Source of the DNA: Amphiscolops sp. MND2022
Lineage: Eukaryota
Assembly: GCA_964187785.1 (NCBI GenBank)
Contig: OZ076413.1
Coordinates: 43,340,001-43,400,000, forward strand
Direction of reading: 5' to 3'
DNA length: 60,000 nt
In this document: piece after piece, positions 1-13,727 of the stretch
Layout of the letters: each line of letters starts with the position of its first letter
Numbering within the stretch: position 1 is the first letter of the stretch
Program-made: the position numbers and the translations under genes
The notes under the pieces: model-generated
What the model saw: the letters and a program-made list of their open reading frames with translations, nothing else
Databases searched by the model: none
Told to the model about the DNA's origin: nothing

Positions 1-33
1 CTTCCCATTACGATAGTTGTGCCGAATTGAACC

Positions 34-2033
34 AGCAAAATCTTGTTAGTTCGATGAATAGCCAATAACAACGCGTTATTGTTTTAAAAACTCATTACGT
101 GTCGGGCCAACCATCGACCTCTGTGACAATCTCCCTACCCAGTTGAATCACCTACCTTGACTGAAATACCCGATAAAACAGCTAATACGCGTCACACTCC
201 TTGACTAAAATACGGTTCGAGAATATATTACACCTGATGATTCAAAATCACATTTGCCGCTCATGTATTGTAATGCTTCCAACCGCTGCAATTTTTTCTT
301 CAAACTCATAGAACTATGATTTTTAATACGTTTCTAAGATATTTATATGATATATAACATCCATATTACTTCGAAATATGTTTTATCTATACACCATCAT
401 ATCAATATTTCGAAAATGACATCATGCTCTTTTTCTTATGATGTCAAAGACCTCCCTCAAACTTTGCAAACTTAATATTTGGACATTACCTTTCTACTTT
501 AGTTTGCCATGTCACCAATTCAACTTCAAAAACCAAAGATCTTTTTTGACAAAGCGAAACACGTGAAGGTTTTTGGTCTTAAACGTCCTATCCCCAACGA
601 TTATCCCTCTGGAAAAGAATGGACGTTTGAAGGCAACTGATCGACAAAAAGTCAGAACATTTCTTACCCAACATTTTGCAGGAAATCTTTACATAGCTTC
701 AAGATATTGATTTTGATGATCGATGGTTTGTGAGCTTCTTGTTTAAGTTTTTTATTTTGAATGTCTTGAATTTATCATTGCAGGGGGTATATTGTTACAG
801 GTATCAAGTTTAAACATTGAGGACGCGTACAAACACCATGGTATTGCAACAGGGTGTGTGCTTTTACGGGAAGACATTTTTGACATGTTTATGATATCAG
901 CCCCTACATCCTTGTTACCTTGGATGACTGACAGAGAAACTTTTTATAGACAATTTTACTCTTCATTTCCTCATTTCCTATAACGTCAACTCAATTGTGA
1001 GCATCTTTTTTGTCTTTTTTGACAAATGATGCATCACCATTGGGGGAGTCGTCTCAGCTCCACGTTACCCGACCGACGAACCAGATCGGTTTTATTCTTT
1101 CTGGAACAAAAACATTGAGTTCATTTGCCTTCCAAGGCTAATGTCACAATGACAAATCACTCACTCCAACATGCTTCTTCAATTATGGCTCCCAAGTTGT
1201 TGCCCAACAATATTAGAATTCATGGTCACAAGATGTGAACTAACAAAATTACAAAAAGATCGTGTCGAAAACTGTAACATGTACTGGGTCCAGATACATT
1301 TGAGAATACCGGGGATTGTTGGACCTTTTGCTTCGAGTTGCTCTCAGATTCCGAAGTTCTTTAAACATTCAGCTCATTCCCGAATCATTTCTGTTATCCA
1401 AACAATAGTGTCTAGACAAAAAAATCCTCTTGTACACAACGTTTTACAAATGTTACTATCTAATCTATTTGGTATTGACAGAGAAGACATCCAATTTTTT
1501 CTTATCCAATGTCTACTTAGTTCGAGCAACCCAAAGATTTGATATTCATACTACGTCAGTTTTCCAATAATGAAATCATCAACTTTCCGTCGAAATCTGA
1601 ACTGGATACTGTCAACTCGAGATTCCACGAGGATGTCCAATCAATACTCGATCCATCTCGAACCACTTTGTCGAAGCGAAATCCAGTCAAAATGTGTACC
1701 AGGTAAGAAAAAAATGATGAATGCTTCAGAGTGGAAAAAAGTCAAAGTTATCACCAACTTACACACTTTAATTGTTTTTCACTTTGAAAGTGAATTGCAG
1801 TCAAGTCAAAATGTGTCCCAGGTTAATGTGTAAAAAATCAATTTCCGCCTTCGTGTGTGAAGTGGAAACCAGTCAAAGTACGTAATTGCAGAGATTGTAA
1901 AGTAGTCATTTACTGTAATTTGATCACTACGCGTAACGTTAAATCACACAGTGTAACAAGCAAGACACGTAACGCGTATTTAAATTAAAAACGCGTTTTC
2001 ATTGGCTGTTAATCGAACTAGCAAGATCTTGCT
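34..2033. mobile_element. ~2-kb segment bounded by ~70-bp imperfect inverted repeats (putative non-autonomous DNA element)
   Basis: 34-103 (agcaaaatcttgttagttcgat...cattacgtgtc) is the imperfect reverse complement of 1964-2033 (gacacgtaacgcg...aatcgaactagcaagatcttgct). No TSD or recognisable transposase seen. Confidence 0.45.
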
Positions 2034-2242
2034 ACAGTTGCTACGACTCTCGCTTACATGTGTATTGTAATGACCCCAACTGGTTTTTGGGTCAGTCATC
2101 ATTCAATTTCGCTGCATGCAATTTCTTTAAAAAGAACATCGTTTCAGGCTCAAGAGTCGATATATAATGGAGATGCAATGTCTCGAGAAAAAGCGATGTC
2201 GATAGAATGGCGTTCCAAATCCTCAATAGCGGATTAGAATTT

Positions 2243-2545
2243 GAACAGTCTTCAACACATGTCTTCACATTCGCAGTGTTTGATGAGAGGTCAAATATCT
2301 TGTGGAAACTTTCTTAGAAGGATTGTGTTTTCACGAACTGTTTTTAGCAGTTTTTGAATAATTCATCATCAGTTACGAACTGTCTTGAGCAATCTTCACG
2401 AAATTCCTTGAGTAATCTTTCATAGATGGATTGTGGTTCCACGGAATGTCTTGAACAGTCTCTATATAATGGATCATGCGTTACGAACTGTTTTGAGCAA
2501 TCATCAAATACAAAAACAATGTTTTACGAACTGTCTTGGGCAATC
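2243..2545. repeat. degenerate repeat array (acgaactgtcttgagcaatc-like core, about 7 copies)
   Basis: The core recurs with variable spacing between ~2243 and ~2545. Confidence 0.6.
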
Positions 2546-4344
2546 AGTATATGAAATTACTGTATTAGATGTTTTTTACTAATATGCCTATCCAATGTAT
2601 TTTGATTAGGGCAAGGAAATGCGCATCACCTTGGAATCCGAACTCTCAATGTCAGAGAGATCCTCGGTAGAAATGGCTGGTTGTATGAGACACAAGCCCT
2701 GTAAGATAAGGGGATACTTTTAGTTGCTCTGGTGATTCGCCGTAACAGTTACGAATGTTGAAGGGAGTAAGCAGAGATTAACATGTCTTTTCAAAATGTG
2801 CCTTTATTTGCCTGATCCAAAGGTTGTTTCCAACACTACAAGTTCCAGACAGCAAGAGAAAAAAGACAGTACCGCCAATTAGAAAAACTTTGAAAGGAAG
2901 TGTGTTAGTCTCCCATCTACAGTAGAATGTGTGACCAATAGAATGTGGCCGACGAACAGAATTGTACATCGATATCACTGAGCAATTTCCCAGCGAGTCT
3001 CTTGTTTTCGTACAAGTCCATGTTCACCACAAATCCGGATGTCCTTTAAATGATTGTTCGCTCAGTTAAAAGTGATCTCAAATTACATGTTGCTTCACTG
3101 CTATCATCGAAAGTTTCCACGGCAATAGGAAACGTTTAGTGTAATATAACAGAACGGAATACCAAGCCCACAAGTTTCAAAGTCTAAGTTGTTGACAAAC
3201 TGTGTAAAGCCGTATAATTGAGCTATCGAGATGTGGAGGTCGTTATGTCTGACTGCAAAAGGACCAGAGATCGTGGGAGGGTAGATAATCCACTCTTTGA
3301 AGGAGTTCTTTCCTTTGAAACTCCACATCCAAAAAATCAGACCAAATGAAACCAAAAATCAACCAAAACACATCATACAATGTTCTCATAAAAAGAGAGA
3401 ACACTGATATCCCAAAGTGCAAAATCCTTTATGAAACATACTATCAAAGCATTTTGTGTTTGTTTGGAGATCGTGGTCTGACACCAAACGAACTGAAAAT
3501 CGATATACTGCTCAGAACTTACGAAAAAGGTGAGATCTTGTTCCTTTTCATTATACGACAGAAGGCACTGAAAGAATCACCATGCTGAAAGCAAGGATTA
3601 TAACTCAAAGACTACGAGAGATGATGGAAATGTTGCTTGGAACATGACATCAATTTTCTTCGACATTCTGTACTCATTCTCACACGCTTGCGTGCTGTCG
3701 ACTTCTGCTCCTCCAATTCCCTTTTACATCGTCGATATCGACATTAAAATGAAGATGATGTTAAATTGTATCTCGAAATCTGCCGTGAACCTATCCTAGA
3801 GCCTGTTTTTGACTACCACAGAACTTTCGATATTTTAAGTGTACGAACTATTTTGTTCTCGGGACAAATGGTAACATCAAGCAAACAATCACAGAAACAG
3901 TCACAGAAGAAACAATCACAGAAAATGGTTGCACTGTTCTCAATAGTATCGACATTGTCAAAAGATGTAAGTAAATTTTTTGAGCCATCATCACTGTGTT
4001 TTACCTAATCGTAACAGCATTGAGTATTTCACCTGCAACCCAGTGACCAATGATTCATTCTCGACCAAGGCGGTATATCATTCAACACTTGGAAAAGGGA
4101 CCTACATCAACGCAGAATTTGTTCTCTTATTTGTACCAAAAAATTCGCGATACCAATCAGTTGCCCCCCAGGGTTACAGCGCCAATCATCACAACACACT
4201 AATGCATCGGGTAGTTTAATCACATATCACACAGCTATGCGGTAAGACAAGAAAGCGGTAAACGGACAGACAATGAAGAGGAGCACTAACAGAGAAGAGG
4301 AAAATCAGGATAAAAGAAAACACAATTCGGTTGTATATAATTCG

Positions 4345-4578
4345 GACAAGGTCCCTATGACCACATACATTTGTCAAGGTCCCTATGACCATCATTAAAC
4401 TATATTTGCATCGTCTGCCTTGTTTGTTTGTTTGTTTGTTGACATGTTTCATATGACCACACAATTTTGACAAGGTCCCGATGACCACATAACTTTGACG
4501 ACGAGGTCTCAATGACCGCATATTTTTCACAAGGTCCTTATGACCACCTACATTTAAGGACAAGATCCAGTATGACCA
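4345..4578. repeat. short tandem repeat (caaggtccctatgacca core, ~29 bp) interrupted by a (tttg)n tract
   Basis: About 6 copies of the core; tttg microsatellite at ~4420-4440. Confidence 0.65.
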
Positions 4579-6219
4579 TATAATGATCTTTTTTCAAAAA
4601 GTAACGCTGACAATAACTTTTTTTAGTTGTCATGAGCTCCAGACAAGAATTGATTGCATATGGTCAAGGCCGATGTGACTACAAATCCAATAAAGAAGCG
4701 AAAGTAAAACGTCACCAGTTCAAGTCACCCTATGCCACTTGAAGAGTGGAACTTGCAGAAAAGAAATATCGCACGGTGTGGGCAAATATTAATGAGCAAG
4801 AAACTGATGAAAAGTCACTGGACGACTGGAAAATGCAAACTGCAGTCTGCTCGCAGACGTGCAGGATTACCTATTACATTCAACACCTTTAGCAAGTACC
4901 TTTTTATATCATCTCCTTTTACCATGAAATCTCAAATTCTACAACGAAAAACTGTACTAGAATTTGTTCAACGAAAAAATTTCTTGTTACAGGGGCAGCG
5001 CGAGGCGTTAAACGGGTTCCCAGCAACAGCTGCGAGAAACGCTGTGTTTTTTCCTATGAATTGAAGACACATATTCTAAAGCACCCTCATTGCAAGAATA
5101 CAGTTGACTCTGTTTTTGGTTACTCCTCACGTCTTTCTCCTACACGATCAGCCAATTCCGTTTGTTCACCAGATCAATACTCAAACATGCCCTTGATGTT
5201 TTTGGCTTTCTGCACCCACATACCACTTGAGAGCAAATTCCCTGTTGCCATGCGGCATGGAAATGTCAGAAACCATTTTAGCAAAATCAATGCCCTGATT
5301 AGACACATTGTCCCAATTGTTTGGCAAGATGTGGTCAATCTTTGCGACAATCAAACTGCCTCGTCTCTCAAACCCTTTGCACCAGACCCACACTAATTCA
5401 TCTGAATACAAGCAATTTGTCAAAAAGCAGAGTAAAATAACAGAGTAAAATCTGCTGGTCAATGATCTCGAAATCCACGTCAAATCAGCCAAGATGGGCC
5501 AATGAGTAAAATTTCACCAGAAACCCTTTTTTACACGGAGGTGGAGACAGGTCTTTGGAGGACGATCAATCGAGTGAATATTTTCCCCTCAATGTTGTTG
5601 GTCTTCAAATGAAACCGAACTTCTAATATTACTTCAACCTTCTCAGTTAGTTCAAAAGAGCAGCTGGATACATTTAGCTACGCGAAAGATTCTGCACGTG
5701 CAATCTAATATTTCTGTATTAGCCGTCATTTGCAACCTACAAACAGAAGAAATACATCTAAAAATGATAAAGAAGGTTGTCTCAGTCGTTGAATGCGAAA
5801 AGATAGCTGCCATAATATCTTCCATGTTCAGACTAACAAGAAATGAATGTCTCAAGTTGGCGTCCCGCTTGAGACTCAATCAGCGCAAAGTTTAACTTAC
5901 TTCAAATATAACGTCAAAAATTCGGTTATAACGTGCTGGAACAAATGGGGTCGCTTGTTTCGAACCTCCGACTCCTTAGTAAAACGCAATATGAATCGGA
6001 TATAACGACAAAAAGTCAGACAGGGCGCAATAGTTTTGAACGTCCACCTCGTTTTTAATGGGACGCAACTTTACTTCGGATTTAAGGTCAGAAATGTGGA
6101 TTTGGCGTACTGAGCCACTGCGGCCTCTGGACGGTCGCGGCTGATGGTTGTAAAAGTGGACCAACATCATTCTTCCAAAATGCGCCGACTAAAAACCAGT
6201 TTAAACAAACGTTGTCCAA

Positions 6220-7047
6220 TTTTAGTCGGCCTGTTTTCCTTTAAGAAAAAAAACCCGACTAGTACAGTGACTAGTTTTTTTGTCAGATAACAGGTTGTAT
6301 AGGTACTGGACACTTTTTCCAGAACTACTAAACTACTGGACGGGCAACCGGAAACGCATCTTAGGTAGTGCAAAGGGTCCCCCCTTCTATTTACTCTATT
6401 TTTAGCATTAGATACAAAACAAAATGAGACCATAGGGTCCCCCTTTGAACTTTTTTGGCACTGTGTGTCTTTTTTCCGAATTTTTTGTCACTTAAGGGCC
6501 ATTTTTCAAGTTTTTCCATATTTTGCAGCAAGTTGAAGTTTCAAAAAGCCCAAAGGTTGTATGCGTAGTAATGGACACTTTTTACAGAACTACTAAACTA
6601 CTGGACTGGCAACCGGAAACGCATCTTAGTTAGTGCAAATGGTCCCCTTCTATTTACTCTATTTTTAGCATAAGATACAGAACCAGATGAGACTATAGCG
6701 TCCCCTTTGAATTTGTTTCGACACTGTGCAACTTTTTCCAATTTTTTTTGTCTCTTAAGAGCCCCCTTTCAAGTTTTTCGATATTTTGCAGCAAGTTGAA
6801 GTTTCAAAAAGCTCAAAAGCTCTCCCCTTTTAAGTTTTTCGGCACTATGAGACTGCTTCAGTTTTCTATTTTTTATTTTTTTTGCGAAAATTTTTAAATG
6901 TCTCCAAAGGGTCCCCCTTCAGTTTTTTGATATTGGGCAACAAACTGCACGTTCAAAACGCCATAGGGTCCTCCTTTTACAATTGTAAAAATTTTTGCGC
7001 TTTGGAGCCTTAGATATAGCGCCGACTTTAGACGTTTCCGTCTTGTT
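6220..7047 (+). mobile_element. Helentron-associated (HINE/DINE-like) non-autonomous repeat, copy 1, with internal ~280-bp duplication
   Basis: 5' ttttagtcggc and 3' subterminal gccgactttag form asymmetric inverted repeats, followed by a short hairpin agacg..cgtct and a tt end. Internal gggtcccc(c)ttt units. 6309-6560 is duplicated at 6573-6830. Confidence 0.55.
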
Positions 7048-7429
7048 ATGACTTACATCAGTTCACTGTATTTTGTTTTTTATTTTGTAAGGAGTGAATT
7101 AAGAGCCGCTGAAAATGTTGTTTTGCTTTCAGCTGAAGAGGCGTGCTCTCAGCTAAGAGAAACATATCATTGTAAAAGACATGTCGGAGTAGCACACGGA
7201 AAATACGGTTAGCTGGTTTCTTGCATTTTTGATTGACAGCTAATGAAGTTTCCAATCTACGTTCACCCGAGTTATATAGTTATAATAATTCATTTTTTTT
7301 CATAAACTGTACATAATACTTTAGGTTGCCAATACAAGACTAGGAATCCAACAAGGAAAGAAAAATGAAAGTACCATGTTAATACTGGCCGGTAAATAGC
7401 ATGGTGAAATAGGCTTTGTTATTAACAGT

Positions 7430-7620
7430 TTGTCACCACGACAGACCTGCGCATTACAGGTTATGCATGAACTCGCTCGATATCTCCCATGGGGGCATTT
7501 TTGGTGGCACCGGATCTTTTTCTCTTTTGGTATCTGGAACTGGGTTCCTTTTGTTTCCATAGTTGACACTGCAAGATAGTTCTGCTGAGATTGGCTCGGA
7601 CGACAACTCAAATTCGACTT
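7430..7620 (-). pseudogene. possible piggyBac transposase C-terminal Cys-rich domain remnant
   Basis: KKIRCHQKCPHGRYRASSCITCNAQVC resembles the piggyBac CRD Cys spacing; no catalytic core found. Confidence 0.3.
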
Positions 7621-9556
7621 ACTAGCTGAGAGTGCCGAGAAGTTTTGTCAGCACATGGATAAAATGCAGGCTAAATTTTAATAGAACATAGAACAATCAG
7701 GGACCCTGCAAGAAAAATTTTGTAAAACATCCCTGCATCTTGGAAAATGTTGGAAAACTTCCTGCATCTTGGAAAGTTTCCCTGCGTTTGGTAGAAACTT
7801 GGAAAAATATCCACCAAGTCTGGACAAAAAATCCTGAAAAGAACGTAATCTTCAGTCTTTTTTGCTTTCTCAATCTTTTTCATACGAAAGTTAGTTCTCT
7901 CAAAAAAGATCCTCAACTCGCAACCTAATACAAAAACAAAAAAAACTGAATTGCAATCAATTCAGAAAATAAAATCGTGAAGATCTACAAATCGAATTAA
8001 TGCAAAATCATAGCCGAAAGTTTTTCCGGTGTTATTTCGAGTAAGCCGAAATCACCAGCATATTGTATCGCATACAGAACACATCACGTGCGAGACATAA
8101 CTCCCCCAGTGGTTTCCTATCAGATGCCACACAAACACCATCTTTTTATCAAGACAACGTCTGAAACAAAGAACAAAGACTGGGTAATCTTGACACCATG
8201 ATGAGTTAAGAAGGACGTATCAACAAAACAACAGCGGGAAAGGAAAAAACTCGAGATCTAGAAACTAGAACAAAGTTTTTTTTAGTTTTTGGAGAACTCG
8301 GGACATCAAAATGCTACTTTTAACACCAAAATCTTTAGCTCGAAAGTCTACGTTTTTAACGAGGTTTCCGAAAACACTAAAAACTTATACTGAAGAAACA
8401 AAAAAAATCTTTCAAATCTTTAAAAAAATAAGATCTTTCGGAGGAAACTGTAACCCAAAACACTTGTATCGCATACAGAACACATCAGGTGTCAGAGAAA
8501 GATCCTCCTGTGATTTCGTACCAGATGCCACTCAAACTGCATCATTCTGCGGAGACGTTTAAAAGGTGATTTTAGACGTTCTTCCATTTAAATAAAGTGT
8601 TTTTAGATCTTATTCTACCAAAATAGAGCGATTTTAGACATAAATCCACAAAAGGACTGATTTTAGATTTTATCCCCAAAAAAGTGATTATCGATCTTAT
8701 TTTACCACAATACGGTGATTTTAGACGTTATTAGGGGAAAGTACAGTGCTTTTAGATATCATTTTACCAAAATGTCGTGTTTTTTGACGTAATTCTACAA
8801 AAACCACGATTTCACACGTTGTTCTCCAAAAAAGTGATTATAGACGTCATTTCGCAAAAAGAGTGATTTTGGACGTTATTCTATTCAAATACTTTGATTT
8901 TAGGTGTTTTTTTAAATACAGTGCTCTTAGGTTTCATTCCACGATATTCTAAAAAAGTAGTGATTTATGCGTTATTCTCCAAAAACTAGTTTTTACGTCA
9001 TCTCACAAAAAGGTTTTTTGGACATAATTCCTCAAAGTAGTGATTTTAGACGCTACTTTATAAAAACAGTGATTACAGACGTTATTCCAGTGAAATACAT
9101 TAACTTTGGATCTTTTTCTGCCAAAACAGAATGATTTTAGCCGTTATACAACAAAACACCGATTTTAGACGTTATTCCACAAGTATAGTGACGTTGGAAG
9201 TTATTTCATCAAAATTTTTGATTTTAGACATTATTTCTATAAATACAGTGATTTTAGACCTTATTTCATCAGAATAGTGATTTTAGACGTTGTTTTCAGT
9301 AAAATACAGTGTTTCTGGACGTTATTTCTGACAAATACAGCGTTTTTAGATGATTTTATTCTACCAAAACAGAGTTATTTTAGACCGTATTCAGAAAGTA
9401 TAGTGGTTTCAGATTTTATTCCACAAAAATAATGATTATAGATTTCATTATACCAAAATACTAAGATTTTCAACCATATTCCAATCTAGGGAAGTTGATG
9501 ACAAAAATACAGTCTTCTTGCTTTATTTCACTAAAATGAAGTTTTTTTTCGAGAGA

Positions 9557-9955
9557 CTACAATATCACTCTGATTAGGCCACTTTTCTTACAATCGAAAC
9601 TACTAAAACTACTACCATAAGGCCAAGTCCGGTCAGCGGAAATTAGTGCAAAAGGGTCCTCCCTTTCATTTTTTACTATTTTAACGTAACTAAAAAACCG
9701 GACAAGACTAAAGGGTTTTTTTCGATTTTTTTTCGGCATTATGCGACTCAAAAGAGTCTCCCTTTCGAGTTTTTTGATATTTTGCAACAGATTATATGTT
9801 AATAAAGCCCGAGGGGTCCCCCCTTTTATATTTGTTGGCACTTGCGACATTTTCTGAAAGAAAAAAATCGAAAATTTCAAGTTTTTTTCAAAAAAAGTCT
9901 TTTGCTCTTTTTGAGCTCTAGATATAGCGCCGACTTTAGACGTTCCCGTCTTGTT
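9557..9955 (+). mobile_element. HINE-like repeat copy inserted in the satellite (5'-truncated)
   Basis: Same 3' end as copy 1: tagatatagcgccgactttagacgttcccgtcttgtt. Confidence 0.6.
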
Positions 9956-10128
9956 CTTTTCAAAGACAGTGCGTTTAGATTTTATTCCACCAAAATAGAA
10001 TGATTTATACGTTATTCCACAAAATCGTGTTTTTAGATGTTATTCCCCCAGAAAAGTGATTTCAGACGTTACTTCACAGAAATAGTGATTGCAGACGTTA
10101 TTCTACCAAAATGCGGTGATTTGGTACG

Positions 10129-10676
10129 TTTTTAGTTGGTGCGTTATCCTTTTAAGGAAAAATGATAGACTATCATAGTCTATCATTTTTCCTTAAAAGG
10201 ATAACGCACCAACTAAATGGTTCCTTAAAATCATAACGCACCAACTATGATAGCAGTGACTTTTTTTCTTCAGACCACATACCTCACTCTGATCGGTCCC
10301 CTTTTTGAATTATTCCTGAAACCACCTAAGGCCAAGTCTGGCCAAGGCAAACTAGGTCCAAAGAATCCCCCTTTTCATTTTTTACTTTTTCAAGGAAACC
10401 TACAAAACCGGACGTGCCTAAATGGTCCCCCCTTTGGATTATTTTCGGCACTGTGCAACTTTTTTTGAAATATGGCCCCCCTTCGAGTTTTTGGTTTTTT
10501 GCAACAGAAAGTATGTTAATAAAACTAGAAAGGTCCCCTCTTTTACATTTTATGGCACTTTTAAACATTTTTCGAAAGAAAAAAATTCAAAAACTTCATG
10601 GTTTTTTTCCAAAAAAAATGTTTTCCGCTTTTAGAGCCTTAGATATAGCGCCAACTTTAGACGTTCTCATCTCGTT
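10129..10676 (+). mobile_element. HINE-like repeat copy inserted in the satellite, 5' end rearranged into a palindrome
   Basis: 3' end tagatatagcgccaactttagacgttctcatctcgtt; internal ggtccccctt units; 43-bp-arm palindrome at 10131-10217. Confidence 0.6.
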
Positions 10677-12059
10677 AGGTCAAGTTCTACCCTACCAAAA
10701 AGAGTGATGTTAGACGTTACTCCACAGAAAGACTGAGTTTGGACGTGATTGCCCAATTATTGTGATTTAGGACGTTATTATACTGAAATACCGTGATTTT
10801 TGACGTTATTTGAGTAATTTTTAGATATAATTTAACAAATATAGTGACTTTAGAGGTAATTCCACAAAAACAGTGATTTCAGACGTTATTTCACAATTGT
10901 AGTGATTTTAGTTGTTTTATCACGAATTGGTAAATTTAGACGGTATTATATCAAATTACGGTGATTTTTAAAAAGAAGTAACTTCACCTCAGGGAAAAGA
11001 CTGAATTTTCTGGATTAGAATTGTTCGTTTCTAAGTGATTTGGAGTTTTTTCAATCTAAAAGCACCAATTGCTTTAAATTTAAGCCAGAAACTCTTGAAA
11101 AATGACTCGCAAAAACCTCATGTTTTTTGTGTTGGTTTTGTTCAGGTTTTCCAAACATCTTCGTTGCTGAAACAAAGTTTGAAAAACGTTTGAGGTTTCA
11201 ACTAATCAAATTAGCAGAGCTTAATAAAACGTTTCCATAGAAGTCCCCACAGAACATTAACATGAAAATGTTTTCGTTTTTCAAATTCTTAAAATTGATG
11301 AATATTGCGCATTCCCAACAGTTTGTAGACAAGAAAAATTTCCACTGAAACAAAATTCTAGTATGACGAATTTGCTTGTCACACGGTGACTCGTTGGTTA
11401 CTTGTTTACATCATCTTGTAGCGTCTGTGCCTACAAAGTTGGAGGCCTGGCCCGCAGAAACAAGCTCTATGTTGTGGGGACTTTGTTACTTAATTTCCTT
11501 GATGCTTCTTTGAAGTAAATCAACAATGTCTTATAAACCAAACATCAAAATGATGCGAAGTTTTAAGGCAATATCAACATCATATGAAAATTTCAGGCAG
11601 TAGTTTTGCAAACTTGGAAGTAACTCTTTCATTGTTAACAACTCCCGGTTTTTAACCTTTTCCAAAACTGCACACTTACAAAATACAATGAGAGTTAGAG
11701 CAGCGTTCTCCGAAGAACATATTCAGTTCAACATTTTTTAATATTTGAGAGTAGAATCTCGTACAGCTGTCAAACGTATTTTTTGTACAAAAAACGGAAT
11801 TAAAGAACGGGCTTCAACCCTTTGTCATCCTAAAGATTTCTTGCCAATTTGTCAAATGTTCTTTTATACCCATTGCCTATTACAACATCCGTAGACCCAA
11901 AACCCCATTTGCAATGAAACTGTGTACAAAATCGTACAATAGTTCGAAGCAAGTCCGTACACATCACTCAAAAAGTCTTCAGAAACTCTAAACTTCAGTT
12001 GCTCATTCATCTGGGAAGTTTTGCGAAAAATTAAAAAATTCAGAGCGCACAAAACAATG

Positions 12060-12728
12060 AATACCCAAAAGATCGAGCTGTGAAACTATGGATTCCAGCT
12101 GACCTTTACCTAATGAGAGAACGTCGACCACAGTTTGTGAAATCGTCCGTTTTCGGTCAAAAACGATGGGGGTGGGTCCTGCACCCTGAGAGCAATAAAC
12201 AGATACCTCGCTTTTGGGCCGTCAAACCGTCGAAATATGATGAGAGCCGTTACGCTAGGAAGAAGAAGGTAATGTCTTGGTGTGGGGTACCTGGTGTCGA
12301 GGTTGTTGACTCATTTTTGTTTCTTGATCAAATGGACAGTTTACCAATTTAAAGCAAGATGTTTATCTGGATATGCTGCCGACAAAAATGTTGTCAAATC
12401 TCTCCAAAAGAAGTATTTTGAGACATATTTGGTTCATGCAGGATGCGGCAACGTGTCACACAACCAAAAAAGTTATTGATTGGCTCATGGGCAGATTTGA
12501 CGGAGTATCCGGACCTGAATCCTCTAGACTACTTCTGGGGCTTTGGGTTGAGCTTTGTAGAGAGAGAGAGAGCTCTCACAAAGCCTAGACCAGCTTATGG
12601 GTGTCATTGAGAAATTCTGTGCGGTTTGGGAGAAGAAAGACATTCTAAGCGGTATTCAGTTGATCAACGGAACATTGGAATTCTGCCAACAGGCTGAAGG
12701 TGTGCATTTCCAGCACCTCCTAAACTAA
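12060..12728 (+). pseudogene. Tc1/mariner (ITm) transposase relic, frameshifted
   Basis: Motifs spread over frames: KKVMSWCG, IWFMQDAATCHT..VIDWL..RF, PDLNPLDYFWG, terminal GVHFQHLL*. Confidence 0.85.
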
Positions 12729-13119
12729 CTCAGAACAGATTTTTTTAAACTCTCTGTTTGGTTGTGTAGGGGCATTTGTAACGTCATTTAGAGCACAGTT
12801 TTTTTTTCTAGCAGTCATTTTTTATGCTGCACAATCTGAAATTGTCCACGATACATGCGTGCAAGCTCCATCATCTTGAGTATTGACGCGGAACAGTGTA
12901 TTTTTTCATAGGGTTGGCTAGAATTGTGTCGGAAGGCCGGGTCCCTGTTCTCCTCAGAGCAGTTGTGCGTCAGTCTTAGTCAGCTTGAAACCACTTTGAG
13001 TAACCCCAACCCGATCGTCGGTCATCGGCGAGTCAGCGTCTGTTTGATTATTGGTATCCTTGTCGAAATCGAATCTATCCATTCGCTCAAATTTCGCCCC
13101 CAATTCACAGAAACTTTTT

Positions 13120-13600
13120 CGTAGTCGGAACTGTTGGAACTTTCTACACAATGCAGTCCTGCAGGCAGGCTTTTTTCAATTAAACCTAAAATATTAATTG
13201 AGCTTCTATGTGTACATCTTGTAGAATTGCAAGGTACTTTCTACTATTGAAAGCAAAATCGAAAACGCAATTAATGTATATTGACACTTTGATTTCTAAA
13301 CTACTCATCCGATGTAGTCACAGGTTTTAGAGTAGCATGCTAAAGCTGACGCCTAATTAGAGTTTTCATTTAAAATGGTGGATATTTGAAGACATCTTAG
13401 TTGCATTCGAAAATGGAGCTGATGCATTAGTTTAGATTTTCCTCCAATGTTTTGCAGAATTTTTCAAGCATCTAAATGAAATCAAAAGCAGCAGGGAAAT
13501 ATTAACTCATGAAAGTTTCGCTAAGACTTTTGGAAACTTATTTAAAGTTGCTGGCAACCTGTGAGAACATGTAAAACGTTCAAGTAGTTTGAGGAGCAGT
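13120..13600. repeat. dispersed repeat, diverged copy of 58330-58870
   Basis: Colinear shared blocks: ctactcatc(c/t)gatgt, catgaaagttt, aaagttgctggcaac. Confidence 0.6.
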
Positions 13601-13727
13601 AGCATCTCTGAAATAATTTTGAATTTAAAAGAACTACGTCTGTAACCAAAACAACAATAGTGAGACCCTATGGAGCATTAATTAAAAAGTGACTGAGACA
13701 TGGATCGTGAAGTTTCTTTCTCTTCAG

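Larger units (their letters stand above)
8565..10970. repeat. ~29-bp satellite/minisatellite (consensus ~gtgattttagacgttattccacaaaata), interrupted twice
   Basis: Dozens of degenerate tandem units at 8565-9485, 9965-10130 and 10690-10970. Confidence 0.9.

Noticed and set aside
4700..6170. possible decayed coding region
   Set aside because: No motif I could assign in any frame.
8565..10970. CRISPR-like array
   Set aside because: Contiguous degenerate satellite units with no repeat-spacer structure.
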